A DNA stretch of 64,000 nucleotides from Vermamoeba vermiformis (lineage: Eukaryota). Shown here piece by piece: positions 23,908 through 35,582 of this stretch (within the stretch, counting starts at the first letter, position 1; every line of letters begins with the position of its first letter). Location of the stretch: positions 248,001 to 312,000 of the forward strand of contig JBEWZL010000278.1 in the NCBI GenBank assembly GCA_045837725.1. The letters are read 5' to 3'. The notes below the pieces were generated by a model. It ran no database searches. It was not told the origin of the DNA and saw only the letters and a program-made list of their open reading frames with translations. A program made the position numbers and the translations under genes.

Positions 23908-26559
23908 ATGATATTACTCGTTAATCTTGTCAAAGTTCTGTTGGGAGTTTTGGCTGGATCCACTTTGGTCTCCGGTACATTTATTCCCGCAGGTCAAGTC
24001 GAAGTCTGTACACAAGTGAATGATACATTAACGTGAGTATATTATTTATGAAGAAAATTATTAGGTACTGATTTTGTACTAGTTGTCGCAACAAATTTTT
24101 GATTATTGGCTACGTGACCGATTACTCCGCCGACTGGTCTGTGCAGTTCATGTTAAATGCTAGTAAGTATAATATGGGACAATACATCTTGTTATAGATC
24201 TAATGATTAACTAGACACTACTTATTTGGATCAGTACAAGAATGTGTGGCAGCTGAATCGGCCGATTTATCTGACTGTGCAGGCTCAAAATCAGCGAATA
24301 GGTGCGCAATAATATGACTGTATTAATATTACATGGCTTATTGACTTGTCAGAATATGGTTTGACACCGCTCGCTATAAACAAGAACGCGTATCAAACAT
24401 TGAGCAACTACTATGACGTGGGGTCAGTACAGCAGGCCTATGTTACTGTCATTTATAACATGTCCTAATCATTATAACGTCCTAATCAACGCCATATTCA
24501 GCTTCTGTCCCACCAATGCCTATTGTTGCAATGGACAGAGTGGTCGCTGGGCCTTCAAATACAATCAAAACAGCACTGACTACTACACATTTGCGATCAA
24601 ACCACCCAAGTTTGTGGTACGCTGAGTACTATCATATTATAGTATGCCACTCTGCTCACCTGTCTGCAGTTCAATGTCGTCATCACCGCCACACAAGACT
24701 CTGTCACGCGTCAATTGACACTGAACGAGTCGCGCATGAATGCCTCACTTGCCTGCTGTCGATGTGAGTACTGCGCGTGCAATTCTATTTGACAGCATTG
24801 TAGTGTAACTCTCATCATGCAGGCGAGTGTGTTGCTCGCAGTGCCCAATGCGCTGCTGATCGACTTTGGCCTCTATTACACGCTCATCAGCACACCTGAC
24901 ACGCAGCTCAGTGAAGGATTTTTAGTGCCCAAATCAGCGCTGAGCAGCGAGGTGAACAAGATTGGTGTCACTTATCAGAGCTACTTTCAGAAGCTCAGTG
25001 TGGAGAATGTGAACTGCGTGCCGATCGTCGATGGCTATTACTTTGCGGTCAATGGTGGTCCGCCCTACGATCAGTTCGCCACATTTAGGAATGCACGTGT
25101 GAGTGACAGCTTGAACAACTGTCTCTACAGCACGTCACGCTCGTCACTCGCCTATTCAGCCAGTGCACGCGAGGTATGGCCGCGAGACTAGTCAGCGATA
25201 GTATATTAACAGCGCGCTAGTCCTTTTTGTGTCGCGATGCAGGGGTGACAGAAGTGCTGTTGGAGCTCGATGCCTCGGAGTTCAAGCTCGTCAAGCTGTA
25301 CGGTATACCTGTCGTCACGGGCAAGGGGCTGTTTCAGTTCGAGTACACTGATAGCTTTGCGCAGTTCTGTAAGGGCCAATACATGGTGTGATATGACACA
25401 TTGCTGATCACTGACAGATGTTGATGTGTCCAATCGAGCGACGACCAGCGCAGCATTCACCTTCACCAACACACGCTGTTGTTATGTCGTTAACAGCGCA
25501 CTTCAATGCAATGTAAGACACTTGTATCTGTTGTAGCGGCTTATAATATTAATATTACGCTCAGCAAAATGCACCGTTTGACGCACAAGTGACAGCTGCA
25601 GCACCACTCGACACTGTGCGCACTATACTGCCCTCACCGTCTATAGTAAGTTCTGCTATTGGGCTAGCGATCAGTCCTAATCACCCTCCCTATTAGTACT
25701 TCATCAGCGCGGCAGGACTGTGCGAGTTCATTCTCTCGCAGCACGGTGAGCAGTCATTGGCCTTCAACATCTCCTTTGACACCTCGTCCTGGTTTCAAAA
25801 CACTCAGCCCACCACTGCCGAATGTCAGCCTCCCTATACGCAGGTCATAGTCGATGGTGTCGCGTACTGTCAGAGTCCCTGCACCATTGACCAAATATGG
25901 AACAGTTCGATTGCGCAGTGTCAAGCAGTGAACTGTTTGCAGAAATATCTCGGCGCCAAGTCGTGGTACAACAAGAAGACTGGCCAGTGTGAGCCAGCAG
26001 CAGTGTGTTTGGAGGGCATCTATGACGCACTCAACAACCTCTGCATCAACAACAATGACATTCCCACCGCACCATTCGGCATCGATCCCAACATGACATT
26101 CCCGCCCTCCACTGCTGCACCTGCCGCGCTCAATTGTGGTCCGAATGGCGTGCCCGTGGGTGATGTGTGCAAGTGCAAGGATGGCTGGACCACACCGCAG
26201 TCAGGACCGCAAGTGAAGAAAGAAGATATTCCGTGGTGCAGCGAATTCGCGCAGACTCAGCTGGTGAATGTGCAGGGCGAGGACGAGATCAATCCCCTCA
26301 CGGTGGTAGGTACTGATAGCACTTGTATTGTATCGACTAACGGAACTAGATCTTGGTGTGCGGTCTTATCTTCTTGTTCTTGCTGTGCTGCATCAGCTGT
26401 TGCGTCTGTTGTCTCAAGAAGTGTTGTTGTTGCTGCAAATGCTGTCTCAAAGTGCGCAACAAACTGAAGCACTCCAAGATCGGTGGGAAGCTGCGCAAAT
26501 TGAAAGTGAAGCGAAGGAAAAAGAACAAAAGAACGCCCAGCACTGACGTCGAGAAGTGA
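23908..26559 (+). CDS. HAP2: Divergent HAP2/GCS1-like class II membrane fusogen (fusexin); 12 exons, about 690 aa
   Basis: Exons 23908-24032, 24083-24162, 24215-24301, 24353-24422, 24502-24616, 24670-24763, 24823-25173, 25221-25368, 25418-25512, 25565-25645, 25697-26305 and 26350-26559, with one extra nt near 24750. A signal peptide is followed by colinear HAP2-like motifs: GQVEVC..TCRNKFLI, LNRPIYLTV..YGL, YCC, YTFAIKPPKFVFNVVI, LVPKSALS.EVNKIGVTYQSY, TEVLLELDASEFKLV, FEYTDSFAQFYVDVSN..AAFTFTNTRC and CEFIL...ISFDT. Then a TM helix, a poly-Cys stretch and a polybasic tail. Confidence 0.78.
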
Positions 26560-26689
26560 TTATCGGTATCGTGACTTCATTCGGACACGAATAGCACTGC
26601 GCAGGTAATGAGCGGCGGATGGGATGAACACATGCGCAACGATGCGTCTATTAGCCACAGTTATTTGTGTTCATAAAAACAATGTTTCT

Positions 26690-29388
26690 TTATTTAGCAA
26701 TGCGCGATGCTTCTTCTGACTCGCGCAGTTCGTGTTCGGAGAGAGGTCTGAATTCGTAGTGACCCATGCCGTCAAACTTGAGCACGCGGTCGTGGTACTT
26801 CCAAACAGATTTGCGATGCGCGACGGTGATGACGGTGATGTTGAGCTGTTTGCAGCGCTGATACAAGAAGGCTTCAATGTCGAGTGACAGCTGTGACGTG
26901 CACTCGTCGAGAATGGCGAACTTGGGGCAGTGATAGAACAGACGCGCCATGGCAATGCGCTGCACATCAGGGTGAGTGACACGTGTCAAACAGCGAGCAG
27001 CAACGTACCTGTTGTTCACCCATGGACAGCACTTCATTCCAGTCGTTCTCTCTGTCCCAGCCCTCGCGCTTGACCAAGTAGCTGAGCTCCACTTCTTCCA
27101 TCAGGGCATTCAGCTTGGGATCGAGCTCTGCTTTCTCTGCTGCTGTGTACACCTGGCACGTGATTGGTCAGTACGTGACACGTGTCAAATAGCGGTGCGT
27201 ACCTTGATGTCGGGATAAATGATCTGATCGCGCAGTGTGCCAATCGTCAAATAGGGCTTTTGCGGGATGTAGAACATGGTGCTGACAGGTGGTCTGGTGA
27301 CAGTGCCGCGCTGAGAAGCGTCAGTGAGCACGCGATATATATACAGCACTTAGTATCGTACCTTGAGCGGCCACAGACCAGACATGATGCGGAACACACT
27401 CGACTTGCCACTGCCGTTCGGACCTGAGATGAGCAGATTGGTGCCTGGCGCCACTTCAAAAGTGAGGTCTGGCACGTGATTGGTTAGTGATTGAGGTCAA
27501 AGATTGACACGTGTCACTTACTGTCCAGCAACAGCACACCATCAGGCGACACCACCGCGACGTCGTGGAATGCAATATGTTCGCCAGTCAATCGCTTGGC
27601 CGTGGGTCCATCGCCAATCACCGTGTCGTCGTCGAGCACATTCAGCGCACTCAGACTCGTGTAGTGCGTCAACACCTCGCGCAGTTCTGACACGCGTGCG
27701 GTGTAGCCAGCGAGCTGCGTGATGTTCTTGTACAGCACAATCAGCTGACCAATCGCGCGTGCCAAGTTGATCAAGATGTGACTGTTGCGCACGTAGTCGC
27801 CTGTGATCTTCGAGGTGTCGAGATTTCCTTGAGATTTCCCTTTGCCAATGCTGCCGAACACAGGACCCGCGACCACAGCGTAGCCAATCATGGTGGCACC
27901 GTACTTGACGAGCCAGCTGTCAATGACGCCGAGCCAGGCCTGTTTGGTGAAGATGTTGCGCATGTGGCGGTAGAGGCGATCAAATGACACGTCCATCACC
28001 TGACGCTCTTTCTTTTGGCCACCAAAAAAGGCAATTTCTTCCGCGTAGTTGATGGCACGGCTGTGCACGTAGCGATAATCACCCTCCAAGCGCTGCTGTT
28101 CGGCAGTGAGGCGCGGGAAGGAGGGCATGATGAGACGCAGAATGAAGGCACTGATCGCGTAGTAGAGGTACATGGTGAAGGGGCCTGTCACGCCCACCAC
28201 TGCCGCTAGCTTGGCACTCAGCAGCACAATGTCCAGCACGGGCTGTGCGGTGTTAGTTCCATGGTGCTAGATACATATATATAGGTGTGTATATATTACC
28301 ACTGCGTACCTTGAATGTCGTGCCGTACACTGTCGAGAATGCTGTCGCGAATTTGTCCGTGTCCTGCGTGATGCGCTGATCGCTGTGTGACAGGTGTCAG
28401 TTAAAGTGTCAAAGTACAGTGCAGCGCGTGACACGTACATGTTGTCAATGTCCGAGCCCATGGATGACGCGCGATAGAACGCCATGCCGTTGAGATACTT
28501 CTCGTGCAAGTCACGTGACAGCCGTTGACGGAAGTTGAGCTGCAAGAGATTGGTGAAGTACTTGAGCGCGCTGTTCACCACTGAGGCCGGCACTGCAAAC
28601 AGCGCCAGTCGCAGCACACCGAGCACAAAGCCGCGCTGATTTCTGCTGACGAGCATGCGCGCATTGCCACCCGCTGCGAGAGGTCAGTTTGAGCACGATA
28701 GAGCGCACTTGTACGTACTGATTTCTGCGATCTTCAGCGTGAGGAATGTGCGCGCGACGAGGGCAATGGTGAGCATGAAGAGCTGAAAGGCCTCGCGCGA
28801 GAATGGACCGGGCACAATGACTTGGATCAGACGGATCAGCCGCACCAAGAATGTCGCATCCACCGCTACTTTGCGACGTCGAGGCACCGATTCAGTAGCA
28901 GCAGGACCTTGTGCTTGTTGAGGACCATTTTGAGTCACGCGCGGGTCCTTGGCCTCGTGACTGGATTTGGTGTAGAGTTCTGCTTGCTTGCGGTCAAACT
29001 CGCGTATTAAGCGCTTGATCTTGCGTGTTGCGAGCCATGTACCGCTGCTGGCGATAGATGCAGCCTATAATAGTATTATTAAGGATTATTCTAGACAGAG
29101 ACGCTATGCTTTGCTTTCACTTTAATTTTGAAGCAGATTTCGTCAAAACTTTATATTAGGGCCTGAATCTGCACCATGTATTATTTGTAATTTATTGTAA
29201 TACCAGCGACATTAATAATAATTGAAATTAACAACCAGAAAATTTCAAAAGCCAGCTGGGATCCAAAGAAAAACCAAAGCATTGCTATGGATTGTGATCG
29301 TATTAATATTGCATATGTATATTACCGATAATAGGACTGCTATCGTCTTTTTTCTTGCAGCGAGGTATTGTTGAATTTGTGTCGACAT
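26690..29388 (-). CDS. Peroxisomal ABC half-transporter, subfamily D (PMP70/ABCD-like)
   Basis: EAA-like motif [23 protein letters not shown], Walker [10 protein letters not shown], signature [17 protein letters not shown] and Walker B ILDECTS. Confidence 0.93.
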
Positions 29389-29687
29389 GTTACAGCATGA
29401 GATCTGTCGCTATATGGAGTTATATAATGACCAATGAAATATATACAAGGCTGGCCTATGAGAAAATAAATACAATCAAATGAATAATGACTGAAAACTT
29501 AGCCGAGGCTCCGTCTGAGTGAAATTTCACCAATCACGTGGGACGGTTACGTCGAACGGCGCAGGGCAGTTGTTTGATTATATTAACACATCAACCTGCT
29601 AGTGAATCAGCACACCTTAATTAATTGGTTTTTAAATACTGACACTGCGACATTGGCTGGATTCACAACACAGATCCACGATCGCGA

Positions 29688-31742
29688 ATGGAGCACAATC
29701 ATTTTACGTTTACAGCTAGTTGGAATCCACCTCCTAAATATAGGGATCGGTACGTCATCTTGAAAATTAATTAACAATTAGTGGCTAAGTCAACAGATAA
29801 ATAATTAATTATTCTGAAAATAATCGCATAATTAGTTGCCGTTAATATTGCTGGCTCTTAATAACACCTGTTATACAGTACTCCACAAGAATACGCCAAT
29901 GATTTGCTGGCATTCTCGCTCAAATACCGCGCCATATTCGAAGGACGCATGATCCGCTTCTTTTTAGACCAAATATGGCAATTAATTCCGCACGAGTGGC
30001 ACGCAGCCCTGGTCGAGTGTCCCTACGAGCACTATTTGGACCTGCATCAGCACGTGCGCGAGGACTGGCCCGAGTCGTTGAAGCAGTTCTTGAATGAGGC
30101 ACGTGACTTGTCCATGCCACGTGACATCGCGTCCGAGCTGCTGATTGACAGGCCAGATTTCAACGAGATGTACGGCATGGACGCATTCGCGACTGGAATG
30201 AATGAAAAGAAGTTGCATGAAGTGGAAATTTTGGCAAAGTTAATTCATGAAGTGAATGACACGTGTCAAATCGAGACTCTCATCGACATTGGTGCTGGCA
30301 AGGGCTACGTGTGCAATGTACTGGAATATTTCTACAACCATCACGTGATTGCTGTCGAGGGCAATGGTATGTCATTAGTCTTGTCATTATTTCTTAATTT
30401 AGTAATTTCCTCATTTAGATTGCCACGCACAACGCGCTGATGCCCGTTCAGCTAAAGTACAGCGACACTTGTATTTGCGACAATTGCAGCAGAAGTACGG
30501 TGAAGGTCCGTGATTGACACGTATCAAGTTCATAGCAGCTATTTGACACCATTCTATTAATAGATGCGGAGAAGGTGCGTGCTGGCATGAAAGAGTTTCA
30601 TGAAAAGCCCAGTCACGTGACAACGTATTTCCTCAAGTACAACGAGACGGACGTGAAAGATTTTGATCACGTGTTCGAACAGAGTTACAAACAGTTCAGT
30701 GAACAGAACGCGTTCAGTGAAACAAACTCTGCACTCACTCCCGCAGCGCGCATTGGACTGATCAGTCTGCACGGTTGCGGAGATTTGAGCTGCACGCTAC
30801 TCGATCTGTTCATGAACTGGTCACGTGCGGAGACTCTGGTGTAAGTATTGCCATATTTGGACATATGTTTTAATCACCCGCTCTGCAGCTGCGTACCGTG
30901 CTGCTTCAACAAGCTCAAAGAACGTAAGTTGATTTCTATAATTAGTGCACAATGTGACACGTGTCAAACGCAGGTCCCGACGGCAGTGTGACAGGCTTCC
31001 CACTGAGTTCAGTGCTGCAAGGGCGTGTCAATTCTGAGCGCACACTTGGTCTGGTCGATTGTGCCACGGTAAGCAGCCCTAACTGATTGCCTAAAATAGC
31101 AACTCACTTCTATATTTGGTAAGGAATCTACGGCGCAATGGGCTCAGGGCAACACACGTGACGTCATTGTGAGACTGGCCACCGCTCAGCACCGCGCCAT
31201 ATTAGGTAAGTCCTACACTGCGCACCTCTCACTTTGACACGTGTCACAGAGAGTGCGTTGCGCGCCTTCATTCCCGACCAATCACTCGTGTTCTGCGTCA
31301 AAAAGACACGTCAAAAGGCACACTTTGCAGACTTCAATCGCTATCTCGCGTACGTGTTCTCGGAACAGAAGCTAAAAATAGCTGTGCAGGTCGACGGCAA
31401 GAACAAGTAAGTGACACGTGTCAAACTGCAGCTCGTACTCATCCACTGTGCAGTCGAGGGCCACTGTTGCCCGAAGAGATTATTCCAAATTGGGCGGAGA
31501 TACAGCCGGAGATTGTAGCCCTGGCCGAGCGACTGCACGTGGAGCACGCACGTGACGACAAAGCAATGCTGGCGTACTGCACGCTGCAAGTGGTGCTGGC
31601 CCCAGTGCTGGAGAGTCTGATCGTGCTCGATCGCTACTTGTACCTCACTGAGCGCGGCGTGCAGTGTCACGTGCTGCCCGTGTTCGATGCGGCCACCTCT
31701 CCGCGAAATCTCGCGATCATTGCGCGCAAGACTCACCAATGA
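29688..31742 (+). CDS. METTL25/RRNAD1-like SAM-dependent methyltransferase
   Basis: GMNEKKLHEV, IDIGAGKGY, SLHGCGDLS, VPCCFNKL, GFPLS and LAPVLESLIVLDRYLYL..PVFD...SPRNLAIIA. Confidence 0.88.
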
Positions 31743-31851
31743 GTTTATTTTCACTGAACGGACTGTAATCTTTTGTACATAAATAGTAATCGCGTCTATT
31801 TTTGGTCCCCCGATAACTCCGTGTAGGACATCGAACTGTGACAACATTGCC

Positions 31852-33466
31852 TTATTTGGTAACTTCGTCCAATTTGGTCAGTGCCTTGTTCACCATCCAG
31901 CCCTGGCACTTGTGCAATATCTGGCGGAATATCTCCACGTGATTGCGACTCAGTGCGGGGTACTTGCTAATTAAGGCAAAGAGGAATGCGGAGAATTTCG
32001 GTGAGGTAGACAGACACGTGACTTGTCTTTGCAACTGTGCCACGAGCATGTCAAACAGCGACGTGTCAAACTCGAGCTTGGAGTTGAGAAAGTGATGCAA
32101 CAGCTGCACGGTGAGCTCACTCCACTGCACGGCACTCGACAGCAGCGTGCTATTTTTAGCGTCAGTTACTCGTCAGTGCTGTCACGTGCTGTTCTTACCT
32201 TAAAAAGGATATATTTTCTTCGGCGGGCAGTGCATCACGTGTAGTGCGCTGAATGATCTCGAATTGAATCGTGCCTAAAATAGCAGTCAGCGTCAATGCC
32301 ACTGCCAAATAAGGCAAGTCATACCGCTGGCAGGGTTGAGGGCGAGTGGCACCAAGACCGCGTCCAAAAATGGTTTGGGATGCAATCTGGCGAGGGAGAT
32401 CAAGAGTGCGAGCAGTGTTCTGCTGGCGGGGAAGTGCAGCTGACTGAGGCGCGGAGTGAGCACGTGATCGACCAGGGCTCTGCACCGCACGTAACTCACA
32501 TCGGACACGAGCACACTGTTCAGCGCACGTGACACGACTTCATCGCTCTGACGCGACAGCTCTAACACCTCACATGCCTTGCCTAATTTGGCAGGTGATG
32601 AAATTTCGCGCAGAATTGACCAATCAGCGCTGTCTTCAGTTTGACACGTGTCTTTCAGCTCTTCTAATCGGGCCATAATGTCAGCGTCGAGCGTGTCATC
32701 TTCGAGTTCAGTCACGTGCATGACAGTGTTGTCAACATCACGTGTCTCGTTCACTGAATTATGTTCATGAATCAGACGGTGCCACTCCACATCCGAGTCA
32801 TCCATCTCCTCATCAATCACCACCGATCCACTCGCTGCGTACTCCTCTAAAGTCACGTGCTCACTAGCGCTCTTATACTCACGCAGCTTGTTGCTCACTG
32901 CGCGATGTCGATCTGCTGCGAGAGTGCGCGCAAGAGTCGCTGGTGTTGTTAGTACTGCTAGAGGACTATGAGTGTCATTACCTTGCGCTGTTGTATCGCA
33001 CCAATGCAGGGCATATAAGCGCAGAGTAGAGGAGACTTGGTCGTTGTAGCGGTAACTCTTGTTGTACAGTGCGCGAGTCAGATCTTGTTCTGTGCGACTC
33101 ATCTGCGACCAACAGCGAGCTAGTTTGGTGATTATGCTCTCTTGTAGCATGAGCGGCAGTGTTGCTAGCTTGGTACTGGGCCTACGTCAAGTGAAGTTAG
33201 ATCCGGTAAATTTCCAAGTATTTTTAAAAATCAACGCGAATTTATTACGGATTATAATGTGCATAGTATTGAAAACCATGTAGTATTAAATGTGCTAAAA
33301 ATAATGCGCAGTGAATTACGTACTTGCCATCGCAGATCACAATGAGCCCGCACTGTTCGATCAGTCGTACAAACTCAGCTGAGTCCCAATCACGCTGTCG
33401 GAGCCATATATAAATACTCTCTATTGTAATATCCATGCTCTCGCTCGTCGAGCACGTGACCTGCAT
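31852..33466 (-). CDS. FANCE: Fanconi anemia group E protein-like (FANCE C-terminal helical domain)
   Basis: C-terminal LSQLHFPASRTLLALL..FLDAVLVPL..GTIQFEII, W.E.....L...L and SPKFSAFLFALISKY match the FANCE C-terminal pattern. The start is 33466 or 33436. Confidence 0.72.
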
Positions 33467-33617
33467 TGGTGTGCAGATCTGAACATTATTTCAAATAACG
33501 CGAGTCAACTGCAAAACACATTGCCAATCACTTAGTGTTGAAGACGCATATATAATATCACTACATGACGTGTGATTATTGATGGCAACCGCATTTTGTT
33601 CTGGGAATGACGAATAA

Positions 33618-35530
33618 ATGGATCCAGATCACTCACAACAAGATAAAAATTCACCGATCGAGGCCTCGCAGAGTGTCAATGAAGTGCGCTTTAATAATCT
33701 ATCGATGCCAATTTATTCTAATATTTTCAGGGTACTCCGTGTCCGATCTGCTTCACCCCGTGCACATCCAGCGGTGACCATCGCTTGAGTTGCTTGCCCT
33801 GCGGTCACATCTACGGCAAGAGGTAACAAACAGTGCGCATATACATGGTACGATACTGACTCGCGCCTAGTTGCATCACCAAGTGGCTGAAAGAAAAGAA
33901 GATGTGCCCGCACTGCAAGAGCAAAGTGAGCAAGGTGACTCAGGTGCTGGCACTCTACGCACCCAATGCACGCGTTGTGGCCGTGGAGAGCGAGAACAGC
34001 GCTCAGGTGCGCATTCGACAGCTGCAAGACGAAGTGAAGGCCATGCGCGAGCAGACCAAGCGGTTGTTGGACGACAAGCACAGCTTGACGCAGCAGATTG
34101 CTTTTCTAAAAAAGGAAACTGTGCCACCCAACCCCGCCAGACAGCCTCAGAATAGCACTGCAGTGACCGCAGCCCTGGTAGATGTCCACAGCACACTGCC
34201 CCTGCACGGTGTGCACGTGGAGCTGTATCACGTGATGCGCGTGCCCAAAGTGCGCTCAGTGGCACAGTGCCAGTCACGTGATGTGCTGTTGATGGCCATT
34301 GAAGAGCCCAAGACTGGTCGCGGAGGGGTGTTGAAGATGAGTCTGCTAGGTGCGTGTACCTATACTAAGACTGGTCACGTGATAGTTAATCTTTGCAACT
34401 ATTCACTTGCAGATCCGAGCAGCACGCAAATCACGTGGTGTCACGACAAGATGATTGGCATGATCAAAGTGCATCCACATCTCCCGCTGTATCTCACGGC
34501 CTCGCAAGATCACACGGTCAAGTGTCACTCGCTGGACTCCAATTTGACACTCAACACCTGGACCTGTCACCTGCCAGGTACGACTATACCATATATAGTT
34601 CTCTATCTCACCGCTGTGCCAGTGTGGTCTGTGGAGTGGGATCTCGATCACGACACGCTGTTCTACGTGGGACTCAGTGACGGCGCGCTGCTCTTGTTTG
34701 ACACCTGTCACACGGGGGCTCCGAGACTCACCGTGACAGCTGCTGGCAAACAGCCACTCAATTGGCTGCACTACATTCGCGCGCACACGCACCCTGCACC
34801 GCACAGTGCCGCACAACCGCGTCACGTGCCAGCGGGATTATTCGGCGCATCGACCAAGTGCTGCTATTTTTGGGACAAGAGTGCGCTCTTGAAGGCCTAT
34901 GTGGTGCCAGTGCCGTTAAAATTAGCCGCCATGCCCGACATTGCGCACGTGGCGTGGGAGGCGAGCACGGCGAGTGTGGTGCTGTCACTTGTCAAGTGCG
35001 CGGAGTGGCCACGTGGCTGTCACGTGATTGCGCAGTTTAGTGGCACGACGCCAGCAGATCTCACCATCCTGCGCACCTATCAGCCGAACTGCGAGCCCAA
35101 GCGACTGAGTCACGTGCTGCAAGTGGCACTGCCGAGTGGTTCAGTGAACGGCGTGGCGCGCAGTGAGCTGTTGATGATCGCGAGTGACGAGGACAAGCGT
35201 CAATTGCTCGTCTATCACGTCAATTCGGGGCGTGATGTGCAGCGCATGGAGTGGCAGAGTGCCAGCGAGCTGTACCACAACAAATACGTCGCGCACACCC
35301 TCGATCTCACTGGTTCAGTGAACAGCGCTGATCTCGAGCACAAAACTGCGCAGGTGAGCAGCAGCACACCTTCCAAATTAGTACTGGTCCGCAACTACGT
35401 GATGCCGAGTCCCGTGGATCTGAGCTACTACAGCGCTAATAATAGCCACACTGAACCCACTGGTCCTTATTTGGTAGCGCTCAGCGATCACTATCTCGCG
35501 GTGTATCGCATCAAATACGACCAAAAATAG
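33618..35530 (+). CDS. RFWD3: RFWD3 (FANCW)-like RING + coiled-coil + WD40 E3 ubiquitin ligase
   Basis: RING CPICFTPCTSSGDHRLSCLPCGHIYGKSCITKWL...CPHC followed by LYA, a coiled coil, and WD motifs LTASQDHTVK and PVWSVEWD..FYVGLSDG. Confidence 0.85.
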
Positions 35531-35582
35531 CACACTCCTCTTGTACGATAGTTGTAAATACACGAATCTATTTATAGCACCA

